From an uncultured bacterium (lineage in GTDB: Bacteria; Verrucomicrobiota; Verrucomicrobiia; Verrucomicrobiales; DEV007), in contig CAXBMO010000021.1 in NCBI GenBank assembly GCA_963977015.1, positions 44,252 through 108,251 on the forward strand: a stretch of DNA of 64,000 nt, written 5' to 3'. The translations under genes were made by a program, and so were the position numbers. Below are positions 50,139 to 58,857 of this stretch, piece after piece (position 1 is the first letter of the stretch; each line of letters begins with the position of its first letter). The notes under the pieces are model-generated. The model saw nothing but the letters and a program-made list of their open reading frames with translations, searched no databases and had not been told where the DNA came from.

Positions 50139-51893
50139 ATGAAAGCTAATCAACCCAAGGAAAAAGCGGACTCCGTCGCCACGATGCTGGCAGATCCTGA
50201 GTTCCCAGTCGAGGAACGCCGAAAGTTCCTCCAAATGATCGTGCAATCCAACGATGAGTCGGCTCTCAATGCCGTTATCGAAGGGCTCGAAGGAAAGAAA
50301 GGCGGCGACGTCTACGCGAAACGCATCAAGAAGCTCGAGGCGATCATGAAAGAGCTTGAAGAAGGCCCGCAACGCCCCGCGATGTTCATTGCCATGACCC
50401 CGGCAGCAGACGAAAGGATCCAATACGCCCAGGTGATGCTGGATGATGGCAATCAAGCCTACAGCGTCGTCCCCGACCCTGAGCTTGCCAAGTCGCTGAA
50501 ACTTGGCGACCCCATTGTGATGGATGGTCGCGGTCGCGCAATATTGCGTCGAGGCGCCCACAACCTGGGGATTGGCGAAGAAGCGAAGTTGGAGCGCGTG
50601 ATCGACGAACGCCGAGTCGAAGTCTCGATGCGCGGCCAGGAACGATTCGTCTTCTTTGCATCCTCGAAAATCGCGGATCAACTCAAGAACGACGAGCTCG
50701 AAGCAGGTTCGATGCTCGTCGTCAACCCACGCCAGTTCATGGTCTTTGATTCGATCCCCAAAGTCGATGGGCTTTCCCACTTTCAATATCTGGAGCGGCG
50801 TCCGGTTTCCAAAGTCGTCGTCGACCGCGACATCGGAGATCCGCCACCCATCATTGAGAAGATCACCCAGTTCGTTCGCGCGGAGATGATCGCCCCTGAA
50901 GTGCAGCGGCGTTATCAGTTGAACCGCTGCCTGACGACGCTTCTCGACGGCGTTCCCGGCTCCGGCAAGACCCTCGCGATCGCCGGAATCGAACGGAAGA
51001 TCTACGAAGTGATGAGCGAAGTCACCGACGTTCCCATCGATGAACTCCCTCCCCGGGTCTTCCGCCTTCAGATGAGCCGAATCCTCAACATGTATCTCGG
51101 CGAAAGCGATCGAAACCTGGAACGCTTCTTCACGGAAGTCGAGCAGATGGCTGCGGAACCCTTTGTTTGTCCGGATGGACGCGAGATCCAGCTTCCCGTC
51201 ATCGCGGTGCTGGAAGAGATCGACGGTCTGGCTCGTCATCGGGGTCAGGATTCCATTCACGATCGAATCCTCACGACCGCCCTCCAGAACCTCGATACGG
51301 CCCGTCCTGAACTGAAGGAGAACCTCATCATTTACTTGGGCACAACGAACGAGATTCAGCAGGTCGACGGTGCGTTTCTCCGCCGGATCGGCGCAACGGT
51401 CGAACGTTTTGGCCGACTGAAGCGCAGCGGCTTTGAAGCCGTGCTCGAAAAGCAGATTGATGGTTTGCCGATCATCCCGTTGAACGGCAGCCGCGATCCC
51501 AAGACGATCGAAAAGGCAACGATCAACGCGATCACCTCCTGGCTCTACTCGCCGAACGGATCGGACAAAGGCCTGGTTGAGCTCACGTTCACGGGTTCCT
51601 CCAATCCTGAGATTCGCTACCGTCGCGACTTCGTCACCGGTGCTCTGGTCAATCGTGCGGTTCAGCAGGCCAGCATCGAAGCCAGCCAGGCAGAACATCG
51701 CGGCACGGAAGAGTGCGGCATTTCCTGTGAACTTCTCGTTCGCGAGATCGACCGCCAAATCCGGACGCTCGCCGATCAACTCACCGAATACAACGCCCAC
51801 AAATACGTGGACGTGCCTGACGCAACCCGCGTGGCCAGCGTTCGCCGGCTGCATCAACCCCATCACTTCCCCCTTCAACTCCAGGCTCACTAG
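50139..51893 (+). CDS. ARC/Mpa-like proteasomal-type AAA+ ATPase
   Basis: N-terminal coiled coil then two OB-like segments; GVPGSGKT, pore loop ILNMYLGESDR, Walker B VLEEID, GTTN, DGAFLRR, and the ARC-like YRRDFVTGALV segment. Confidence 0.85.
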   Translation: MKANQPKEKADSVATMLADPEFPVEERRKFLQMIVQSNDESALNAVIEGLEGKKGGDVYAKRIKKLEAIMKELEEGPQRPAMFIAMTPAADERIQYAQVMLDDGNQAYSVVPDPELAKSLKLGDPIVMDGRGRAILRRGAHNLGIGEEAKLERVIDERRVEVSMRGQERFVFFASSKIADQLKNDELEAGSMLVVNPRQFMVFDSIPKVDGLSHFQYLERRPVSKVVVDRDIGDPPPIIEKITQFVRAEMIAPEVQRRYQLNRCLTTLLDGVPGSGKTLAIAGIERKIYEVMSEVTDVPIDELPPRVFRLQMSRILNMYLGESDRNLERFFTEVEQMAAEPFVCPDGREIQLPVIAVLEEIDGLARHRGQDSIHDRILTTALQNLDTARPELKENLIIYLGTTNEIQQVDGAFLRRIGATVERFGRLKRSGFEAVLEKQIDGLPIIPLNGSRDPKTIEKATINAITSWLYSPNGSDKGLVELTFTGSSNPEIRYRRDFVTGALVNRAVQQASIEASQAEHRGTEECGISCELLVREIDRQIRTLADQLTEYNAHKYVDVPDATRVASVRRLHQPHHFPLQLQAH

Positions 51894-51941
51894 CCAACTT
51901 CCCCAACTCACGGACCATCGATCCTCAATCCCCCAATACTC

Positions 51942-52253
51942 ATGATTCAAGAACAAACACGACCCACCGTCGAAGCAGGACCAAGCGGAGGCGGAATCGA
52001 CAACTTCTACAACCAGGACGGCAGCCCGGGGATGGCCAACATCCTCGCCGGACCTTATGGTGAAAATGTTCCCGTAGCCGGAATGACCGTTGGTGAAATT
52101 CGGGCGCGTTTTCGCGACCGCTTCGACATTGACCCGCAGTCCCAGGCCGTGATCGACGGCAACGATGTCAGCGATGACGAAGTCGTGAACGAAGGCCAAA
52201 CCCTGATGTTTACCTATCGGGCTGGCGAGAAAGGCGCCGGACTCCCCTCATGA
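51942..52253 (+). CDS. Ubiquitin-like protein Ubl2 with GEKG motif and short C-terminal extension
   Basis: GMTVGEIRARF, AVIDGNDV, NEGQTLMF beta-grasp pattern, then RAGEKG-AGLPS; stop overlaps the E2 start (ATGA). Confidence 0.8.
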   Translation: MIQEQTRPTVEAGPSGGGIDNFYNQDGSPGMANILAGPYGENVPVAGMTVGEIRARFRDRFDIDPQSQAVIDGNDVSDDEVVNEGQTLMFTYRAGEKGAGLPS

Positions 52254-53149
52254 GCCAGCTCCACATTGAAGGCGACGAGATCCTGGCGGTATCCCCGGAA
52301 GGAAAGCAGGAAAGCATGAAGCTGGAGGTCCTCTTCGAGCGCGTTGCCCGCTCGCAGATGGACACCGGCGACCTGCTTCTGCCCGACGGAATGAAGGCCG
52401 TTCGCTCGGAAGGAAACTCCACCGTGATGGTGCATCAAAGTCCACCCCGCGTCCACAAGCTGAGGTGGATCACCAAGGACTCTCCGGCGCGATTCGGGAC
52501 GGGCTGCACTTATCGCGATGTCACGATCAGCCTTCCTTATCTTGTGGTCCTGGCGGTCTATACCAGAACGCCCGAAGGCTTCACGACGTTATCGAAGCTG
52601 AACGAATGCTTTTTCACCAACAAGAGCCTTTCCTCGCTGAACGATCCACTCTTCTACCCAGCGCTTCTCAACTGCAGTAAATTCGAACCGCCGGAACGAA
52701 AGCCGTTGAGTTGGATTTGCACCCAGCACCTCGACCGCGCCTTCGATGCCGAACCCGACAGCAACCTTCGGATGCGGAAAGGATTCATCGCCCTGATGCG
52801 CTGCCTTCTCGAAGCCGGGTTCAACTACTCCAGTGAAGAACACGAGGCTTCCAGTTGGTATACGGAATCCGCGACCGTCGATCCGCGCATTGCCGACATC
52901 GACGAATGGCAGAAGGCGACAAAGAAGGATCCTCTCTTTGTGCTCGACCTCAACTGGCTTCCCACCAACCACTCGGTCGGTGAAGTCATTCAACGCATCT
53001 TCGCCAACCAAGGCGCAAAGAGCCCCAAGTTTAACAACGCCAAGGCGATCGAACGCCTGGTATTCACTCACAAACGTCAGCAACTCCGCCGTCGCCTGCT
53101 CGCCGAAAAAGCAGAGCAACAGGAAATGACGGGTTTGCTCGAATTCTAG
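52250..53149 (+). CDS. Prokaryotic E2-like protein (E2 family D / PRTRC protein B-like)
   Basis: SLPYLVVL, PLFYPALLN...SWICT candidate catalytic Cys; sits between Ubl and JAB. Confidence 0.68.
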   Translation: MSQLHIEGDEILAVSPEGKQESMKLEVLFERVARSQMDTGDLLLPDGMKAVRSEGNSTVMVHQSPPRVHKLRWITKDSPARFGTGCTYRDVTISLPYLVVLAVYTRTPEGFTTLSKLNECFFTNKSLSSLNDPLFYPALLNCSKFEPPERKPLSWICTQHLDRAFDAEPDSNLRMRKGFIALMRCLLEAGFNYSSEEHEASSWYTESATVDPRIADIDEWQKATKKDPLFVLDLNWLPTNHSVGEVIQRIFANQGAKSPKFNNAKAIERLVFTHKRQQLRRRLLAEKAEQQEMTGLLEF

Positions 53150-53164
53150 AACCGAAACATCCTC

Positions 53165-53929
53165 ATGAAAGTTTCTGACCATCATCTCGTCACCCCACTC
53201 TATCTCAAGATGTCGAAGGACATGCCCTGGCCCAAAGAGGAGAGCGCGTTCTACCTTCTCAGCAGCGACGGACTCTTCATGTGCCGGAACAATCCGTTTT
53301 TTCGCAGCAGTGTCCCGGTTCGCGATTGGCCGGCGGAGTTGGCCGCGCACCAGCCGTCGATTCGGCTTAGCTATCCTAGGATCCCTCAGGCGTTGTTCGA
53401 GAAGCTGATTGGATTCTTTGCCATCATTGGAGAACGCCACGGTGCAGAGGCAGCCGCATTGCTCGCCTGGAATCGCTCGACCAAGGAGGTCGAAGCCATC
53501 GTCCCTCCCCAGGAGGCAACGGTCAGCAAATCATGGGGAGGACGTCCCTACCCCATCGACGTCAGCTACGATGTTCCACCGCTCGATCCCAATCTGGTTC
53601 TGATTGGCGACATCCACAGCCACGTCGATGGCCCCGCCTATACGTCCAAGACCGATGCGGACGACGAAGCGCATCGCCCCGGGATTCACATTGTGATTGG
53701 ACGCATTTTTACCGATCCACCGGAGATCCACATCGAAGCCACGGTCGATGGTAGCCGGTTTCGGGTCGAAGAGATCGAGCACGTGATCGAGGGATACGAC
53801 GCGCGTCGAACCAGTGAAGTGCCTTCCGAATGGATCGAGCAAGTAGAAGTGAAAGACTGGTATTCCAGCTACTCATCTCAGAGCACGTATTACTCCAGCG
53901 AATACGGAACCTCCACCTCCTATCCTTAA
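53165..53929 (+). CDS. JAB/MPN metallopeptidase (JAB2; PRTRC protein A-like)
   Basis: YLLSSDGLF N-terminal segment, AEAAALLAW (Glu), GDIHSH...TSKTDADDE (HxH-x7-SxxD). Confidence 0.88.
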   Translation: MKVSDHHLVTPLYLKMSKDMPWPKEESAFYLLSSDGLFMCRNNPFFRSSVPVRDWPAELAAHQPSIRLSYPRIPQALFEKLIGFFAIIGERHGAEAAALLAWNRSTKEVEAIVPPQEATVSKSWGGRPYPIDVSYDVPPLDPNLVLIGDIHSHVDGPAYTSKTDADDEAHRPGIHIVIGRIFTDPPEIHIEATVDGSRFRVEEIEHVIEGYDARRTSEVPSEWIEQVEVKDWYSSYSSQSTYYSSEYGTSTSYP

Positions 53930-53939
53930 TCTCCGATTG

Positions 53940-54716
53940 ATGAAACTCGCAAAAGACCAACTCCTTCAACCATCGCTGCCAGATGGTTCCTCCATCAAGA
54001 TCGTCGGCCTGGGCGGCGTCGGCAGTATTGTCGCCCGCTATCTCTCCGTCTTTCTTGCCTCTCTCAAGATCGATCTTCGTCTCGTGCTGATCGATGGCGA
54101 CGAGTTCGAGAGCTCCAATGCTTCCCGCATGCTGTTTGGCTGTCATGGCAACAAGGCATCCGTCATTTGTGATGAGTTGATGCCGTATCTCGAAGACTCG
54201 CAGTTGTCCCTCGATTCAATCGAGGAATATATTACACCGGACAACCTGCCAACCCTTCTCCATGAGGGAGACATGATCTTTCTGACGGTGGATAATCACG
54301 CCACCCGGAAGTTGATCAACGACTATTGCACCAGCGAGCTTCAGAACTTCTGTGTGATCTCTGGTGGGAACGACGGCGTCGAAGCGCTGCCAGACGGCAA
54401 GGTGCGTCGCGGAACTTTTGGCAACGCCCAGATTTTCGCGCGCCGCGAGGGTCGGGACGTGACGCCCAATCTGGTGCGCTTTCATCCTGAGATCGCCAAC
54501 CCCGGGGACAAGCTTCCCACGGACCAGAACTGCACCGAACTCATCGCCTCGGTTCCCCAGATCCTCTTCGCCAACCTGGCCGTCGCGTCCGCCATCCTGA
54601 ACACCTTCTGGCTCCATGTTTGCGGATCGACCCACTACAGTGAGGTCTCCTTCGACATCGCGGAAGGCCTGATGCGCCCCATCCCTCTTCCGAAGTTGGA
54701 ACCGGCTCCAGCCTAA
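53940..54716 (+). CDS. E1-like ThiF family adenylyltransferase (minimal)
   Basis: VGLGGVG, IDGDEFESSNASR, GNKA, TVDNHATR, SGGN, candidate catalytic QNCTE; no CxxC Zn pairs. Confidence 0.88.
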   Translation: MKLAKDQLLQPSLPDGSSIKIVGLGGVGSIVARYLSVFLASLKIDLRLVLIDGDEFESSNASRMLFGCHGNKASVICDELMPYLEDSQLSLDSIEEYITPDNLPTLLHEGDMIFLTVDNHATRKLINDYCTSELQNFCVISGGNDGVEALPDGKVRRGTFGNAQIFARREGRDVTPNLVRFHPEIANPGDKLPTDQNCTELIASVPQILFANLAVASAILNTFWLHVCGSTHYSEVSFDIAEGLMRPIPLPKLEPAPA

Positions 54717-55219
54717 CCCTCCAACGGCACAATCTTCACCTTCTTGCCGGAGCTGGCGGCTCCGCCCAGGCTTTGCAACAAGGTTGGCCCGGTCGGGGCC
54801 TCGGCAGCCGGCATTGCCGCCGCATTTTCGCCTTCGCCGTCGGATTTCTCCGCTTCCAGCGCCTCACGAAGCGCCCCCTCCACCATCTGGCCACAGTGAA
54901 TTTTCATCGGCGGCAAGGCCCCGAGCGGCTTCGTCATCTCGGCAGCACCGAGATGCTGCGCTTCTTCAATCGTTTTCCCCGCCAGCATCTCCGTCGCCAT
55001 ACTTGCCACCGCAATCGCGGTCTGGCAGCCAAAACTCTGGAACGATGCCCGATCGATCACCTTTTTCCCATCCTTCTCCCCAAACTTCAGCCACATCCTC
55101 ACCATGTCACCGCATTCCGGATTCCCCACGGTTCCCACGGAATCCGCATCCGTCATTTCCCCCATATTCTGAGGATTGGCGATCGCTTCCTGGATTTTGT
55201 CTTCAAAGGCATCGGACAT
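54713..55219 (-). CDS. IscU/NifU-N-like Fe-S scaffold protein
   Basis: NPQNMG, GNPECGD, FGCQTAIA, KIHC (three Cys); convergent with E1, 4-nt overlap. Confidence 0.88.
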   Translation of the reverse strand: MSDAFEDKIQEAIANPQNMGEMTDADSVGTVGNPECGDMVRMWLKFGEKDGKKVIDRASFQSFGCQTAIAVASMATEMLAGKTIEEAQHLGAAEMTKPLGALPPMKIHCGQMVEGALREALEAEKSDGEGENAAAMPAAEAPTGPTLLQSLGGAASSGKKVKIVPLEG

Positions 55220-55346
55220 GGTAGCAATAGATAAGCTTGGGTTCGCGGGTGGTGCAACTTGTCTTCCTTTTCGCCCTCCTCAATTGTCATTTGGATTCAG
55301 AAAAGCCCCTTGCGATTGGTCCCTATGCTTCTAAAATCCCGCCCTC

Positions 55347-58300
55347 ATGACAGGAGACGAGTTGAAAAAGTTGGAACCGATGGAGCGTGCTCAAGCGCTC
55401 ATCCGGGAGGAAATGGAGCTGAAAACCGGCACACTGGATTTAGGGAGTATCGGAATTACCGAATTGCCCGTTGAACTCTGGGGCAAAGGTTGGACCCGGC
55501 AACATAACTTGAAACATGTTACCCACCTCAGCCTCGGCTCGTCAGACGATCGTTCCATTGCGCCAAACAACTTCACGACCAAGCAATTCCCCCTCTTTGA
55601 TCGGAAATGGCGAAAACTCTCCTCGTTGGTCTCGCTGTCCCTCGAACGCTCATTTCCAGAGGCGGCGCAAGACTTTGGCATCATGATGTTTGGGGCATCC
55701 GAGCCCAGGAATCAGCATCGATTTTCGGCCGTGCCTTCTCTTCCGGGAAAACTCAAACACCTGGTACTGACGGCGGATTTCGCTCCGGAAGACATCGACA
55801 TGTTGGAGTTCTTGACCAAGCTGGAATACTTGCGCATTTCCAGCCACGAGGTCATCGGTCTCCGGCCCCTGGCCAAATTGAAGTCTCTTCGTGTTCTTGA
55901 TTTGGCAATTTGCCCGAGCATTGCCAACCTTGCCCCTCTATCCAAGCTCAAATCACTCCAGGCCTTAAAACTAAAATCCTGTGGCAGAGTCTCTGATCTT
56001 ACCCCCTTGGCAAAACTCAAAAGTCTCCAGGCACTGGATCTGGAGAAGTGCGAAGGCATTGTGGATCTATCTCCGTTGACGAAACGCCGTGCCCTTCAAA
56101 ATCTCAATCTAACGAATTGTAAAAGCCTCACCGATTTTCGCCCGTTGGCCGCGCTCACCCAATTGCAAATTCTGAATTTGAAGGGGAACCAATCGTTCGA
56201 AGACACTGAGATCTTGCGCTCCCTGCGACACTTGTCGCAGCTTGATTTGCAAAAGACCTCCGTCACCAATTTGACCGGCCTGAGCAGCCTGGCAAAGTTA
56301 CAGGACTTGAATCTGGCTGATTCACAAGTGGTCAACTTGGCCCCTTTGTCCGGACTTCTGCACCTGCAATCGTTGAATCTCAGCAACTGCAAGGTGCAGG
56401 ATCTTTCGCCCCTCACTCAATTGCCCAACCTTCGGGTCTTGGATCTACAGAATTGTGATCATATCCAGGATTTCTCGCCACTTGAGAAAATCCCCGGATT
56501 GGAGATCAAGAATTTGTCCAATCAAAAAGGCGCGTCTCCTCCATCCCTGCCAAAAGGTAGCGCCGTCAAGTCATTGGAACTTGAGGAATGTACGCAGAGT
56601 GAGATTGATGCCTTGGCGGAGATGACCGAGTTGGAAACCCTTCTCATCGACGAATGTGAGGACATCGAAGATTTTTCAGCCCTGGCAAATTTGACCAACC
56701 TCAAAACGTTGGAACTTGGCAGTTGTGGCATTCGGGATCTCGAACCGCTTGGAGCGTTAACACAGTTGGAAGAACTTCACATTTCGTCATGCGAGAATGC
56801 CTCGGACGCCACGCCATTGGCGCGCCTTCCTTCCTTAAAGAAACTCAATATTCATTTCTGTAAGATACAATGTGTCACGCTTACTGAGTCGCCAATGCTC
56901 GAAGAGCTGGACCTCAGTGACAGTGGGACCTTGGAGAAAGTAGAACTCGCAGGTCTAAGCAATCTCCACGATCTCGATTTAAAGTGCTGTGAGCAACTCG
57001 CTTCTGTTCGAATCGTTGATTGTCCAGAATTGAAAACGATAGCTCTCAATGATAAGCCCAAGCTTGAGAAGCTCGAGATTTCAGGATTGCCGACCCTTGA
57101 GGCCTTTGAACTGGAGACTCCCCAAAATTTTGACCTGCGTCCCCTTGCGAATTGTTCATTGCTTCGGGAATTGAAACTCGTTGGGACGTCAGAACCACCT
57201 GACGTCAGTTGGCTACTTACTCCACCTTCTCCAGAGGAACCGCCTTTAATCTTACGCGACTCGTTCAAATGGTTGCAGATCGCGAAAACTTCCGATCCGG
57301 AAATCCCCAATTCGCTTCTCTCTCGAATGGATCAATACGATGTCTATGACAATTGCTTGGACCGTCTTCGAAGTTATCTCAAGGATAGGGGTGAAGCAGA
57401 ATCAACCTCCGTTGCTTATCGCGATTTAAGGTTCGTCGTCTTGGGGAATTCAGGAGTTGGAAAAACCCAAATCTGCAACCGGCTTCAGGGCCTCGCATTC
57501 GACGAAAATGGGAAACCGACCAACGGGATGGTCATCTCGGATTTTCATCTGGATGAAAGCAAGGGATTGGATGTCCGGGACTTTGGAGCCGATGCGCTGC
57601 GTAATCGCCTCTATGCGCCGTTCATCAAAAATCACACCGTAATTATATTGGTTTGGGAAGATTCGGAGACAGCGACTGGAGAAGACGGTTTCCATCAACC
57701 TCTTACTCATTGGCTTCAGGAGCTTGCCCTGTTGGGTGAAGATATCTTCTGCCCAATCATTGTCTGCCAAAACAAAGTTGAAGATCCTGCCAACGCCAAT
57801 CCGGATCTAATCCCTTCCGAACTGAAAAACACCTTCAAGCCGGACCAAGTGACGGTTGTTCAGTGCAGCGCCCGGGAGAACCACCTCGACGCGTTGAACG
57901 AGGCGATTGACGCGCAATGGACAAAGCTGGGGATGCACAAAATGGGATCCGCCACGGCGTATGCGATCAAGGAATTCAAAGCCCTTCGAAAAAGCGATAG
58001 CGAGCTTCCTGCGGAGGAACGAAAGTTCCGGTTACTCGGCAGTTCAGAATTCGCCGAAGTGATTCAGAAGGCGCAGAGCAACGGCAATGGTACGTTATCC
58101 GACAACGGAGCGGGTTTAGCGCTTAGTTTGGTGGAAAGCGGATTTTTCGAAGGCCGGCACAATGTGTGGAACCGATCATTCATTTTGGATTCGACACTTC
58201 TTACGGATGCAATGGCGGCGATTGTGAACCGCGCATCACCACATGCCGAATCAATCCGCACCGAGGACGGAATTGTGAGTGATGAAGCTATCAAGACCAA

Positions 58301-58826
58301 AATCTGGAAGCATTTTAGCGACCATGAACGTGAGTTCTTAATCGAGAAGTTGTCCCGGGAATGCCTGAGCATGTTCGAGCTTCAGAAACCAAAGGGCGGA
58401 AGCAGCGAGGAACGATTCGCGATCATCGACTTTTTGCCCGAATGGGAGGACAGCGTCGCCGCAAAAACGGGACAGTGGGACCAGAATTATCCCGAGATGC
58501 AGGAGGTTCAATTTCGTTTTCCCATCATGAGCCGAATGGTGTTTTGGGGCATTCTTCGTTACAGCATGGTTCCTGCGATTTTCAAAGACACCGCAGTGGG
58601 TTTCTGGAAAACAGGAGCCCTCTATTCCAGCCGAGATACGGACGCGAAAGGATTGATCCGTGAAGTTCGAAATGGTGACGGTGGCGCCATTGTCATTCAA
58701 GCCCAGGGAGAAGGGGCGGATCAGCTTCTACCGCGATTGCAAGGTGCAGTCGCGTGGGGATTGAATTTTAGTCACGTGACCGGCTTTGAGATCGTCGATT
58801 CGCAGGGCAATGCCCTCAAGAAATAG
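55347..58826 (+). CDS. LRR-Roc-COR (Roco-like) protein with degenerate GTPase motifs
   Basis: About 20 LRRs (LxPLxxLxxLQxLxLxxC), LGNSGVGKT P-loop, DFGAD, NKVE, COR-like C-terminus (FWKTG); codon usage visibly more A/T-ending. Confidence 0.82.
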   Translation: MTGDELKKLEPMERAQALIREEMELKTGTLDLGSIGITELPVELWGKGWTRQHNLKHVTHLSLGSSDDRSIAPNNFTTKQFPLFDRKWRKLSSLVSLSLERSFPEAAQDFGIMMFGASEPRNQHRFSAVPSLPGKLKHLVLTADFAPEDIDMLEFLTKLEYLRISSHEVIGLRPLAKLKSLRVLDLAICPSIANLAPLSKLKSLQALKLKSCGRVSDLTPLAKLKSLQALDLEKCEGIVDLSPLTKRRALQNLNLTNCKSLTDFRPLAALTQLQILNLKGNQSFEDTEILRSLRHLSQLDLQKTSVTNLTGLSSLAKLQDLNLADSQVVNLAPLSGLLHLQSLNLSNCKVQDLSPLTQLPNLRVLDLQNCDHIQDFSPLEKIPGLEIKNLSNQKGASPPSLPKGSAVKSLELEECTQSEIDALAEMTELETLLIDECEDIEDFSALANLTNLKTLELGSCGIRDLEPLGALTQLEELHISSCENASDATPLARLPSLKKLNIHFCKIQCVTLTESPMLEELDLSDSGTLEKVELAGLSNLHDLDLKCCEQLASVRIVDCPELKTIALNDKPKLEKLEISGLPTLEAFELETPQNFDLRPLANCSLLRELKLVGTSEPPDVSWLLTPPSPEEPPLILRDSFKWLQIAKTSDPEIPNSLLSRMDQYDVYDNCLDRLRSYLKDRGEAESTSVAYRDLRFVVLGNSGVGKTQICNRLQGLAFDENGKPTNGMVISDFHLDESKGLDVRDFGADALRNRLYAPFIKNHTVIILVWEDSETATGEDGFHQPLTHWLQELALLGEDIFCPIIVCQNKVEDPANANPDLIPSELKNTFKPDQVTVVQCSARENHLDALNEAIDAQWTKLGMHKMGSATAYAIKEFKALRKSDSELPAEERKFRLLGSSEFAEVIQKAQSNGNGTLSDNGAGLALSLVESGFFEGRHNVWNRSFILDSTLLTDAMAAIVNRASPHAESIRTEDGIVSDEAIKTKIWKHFSDHEREFLIEKLSRECLSMFELQKPKGGSSEERFAIIDFLPEWEDSVAAKTGQWDQNYPEMQEVQFRFPIMSRMVFWGILRYSMVPAIFKDTAVGFWKTGALYSSRDTDAKGLIREVRNGDGGAIVIQAQGEGADQLLPRLQGAVAWGLNFSHVTGFEIVDSQGNALKK

Positions 58827-58857
58827 CAAAGCGGAAATAACCGTAGAGTGACCTGAC

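Noticed and set aside
50130-52199. 689-aa minus-strand ORF
   Set aside because: Antisense shadow of the ATPase and Ubl2 genes, with no motifs; typical of high-GC DNA.
50139-52253. Pup-proteasome operon
   Set aside because: No pup (GGE/GGQ-ending disordered protein), pafA/dop or prcAB; neighbours are beta-grasp Ubls with E1/E2/JAB, and the ATPase lacks the HbYX tail.
39842-54716. CBASS/Pycsar with Cap2/Cap3
   Set aside because: No nucleotide cyclase or effector recognised, E1 and E2 are separate genes, and free Ubls are present.
51942-55219. Sulfur-carrier (ThiS/MoaD-ThiF/MoeB) cofactor biosynthesis linked to the IscU-like gene
   Set aside because: No thiamine, Moco or cysteine synthesis genes or rhodanese nearby; E2-like genes and an unfoldase favour protein conjugation; iscU is convergent. 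Not formally excluded.
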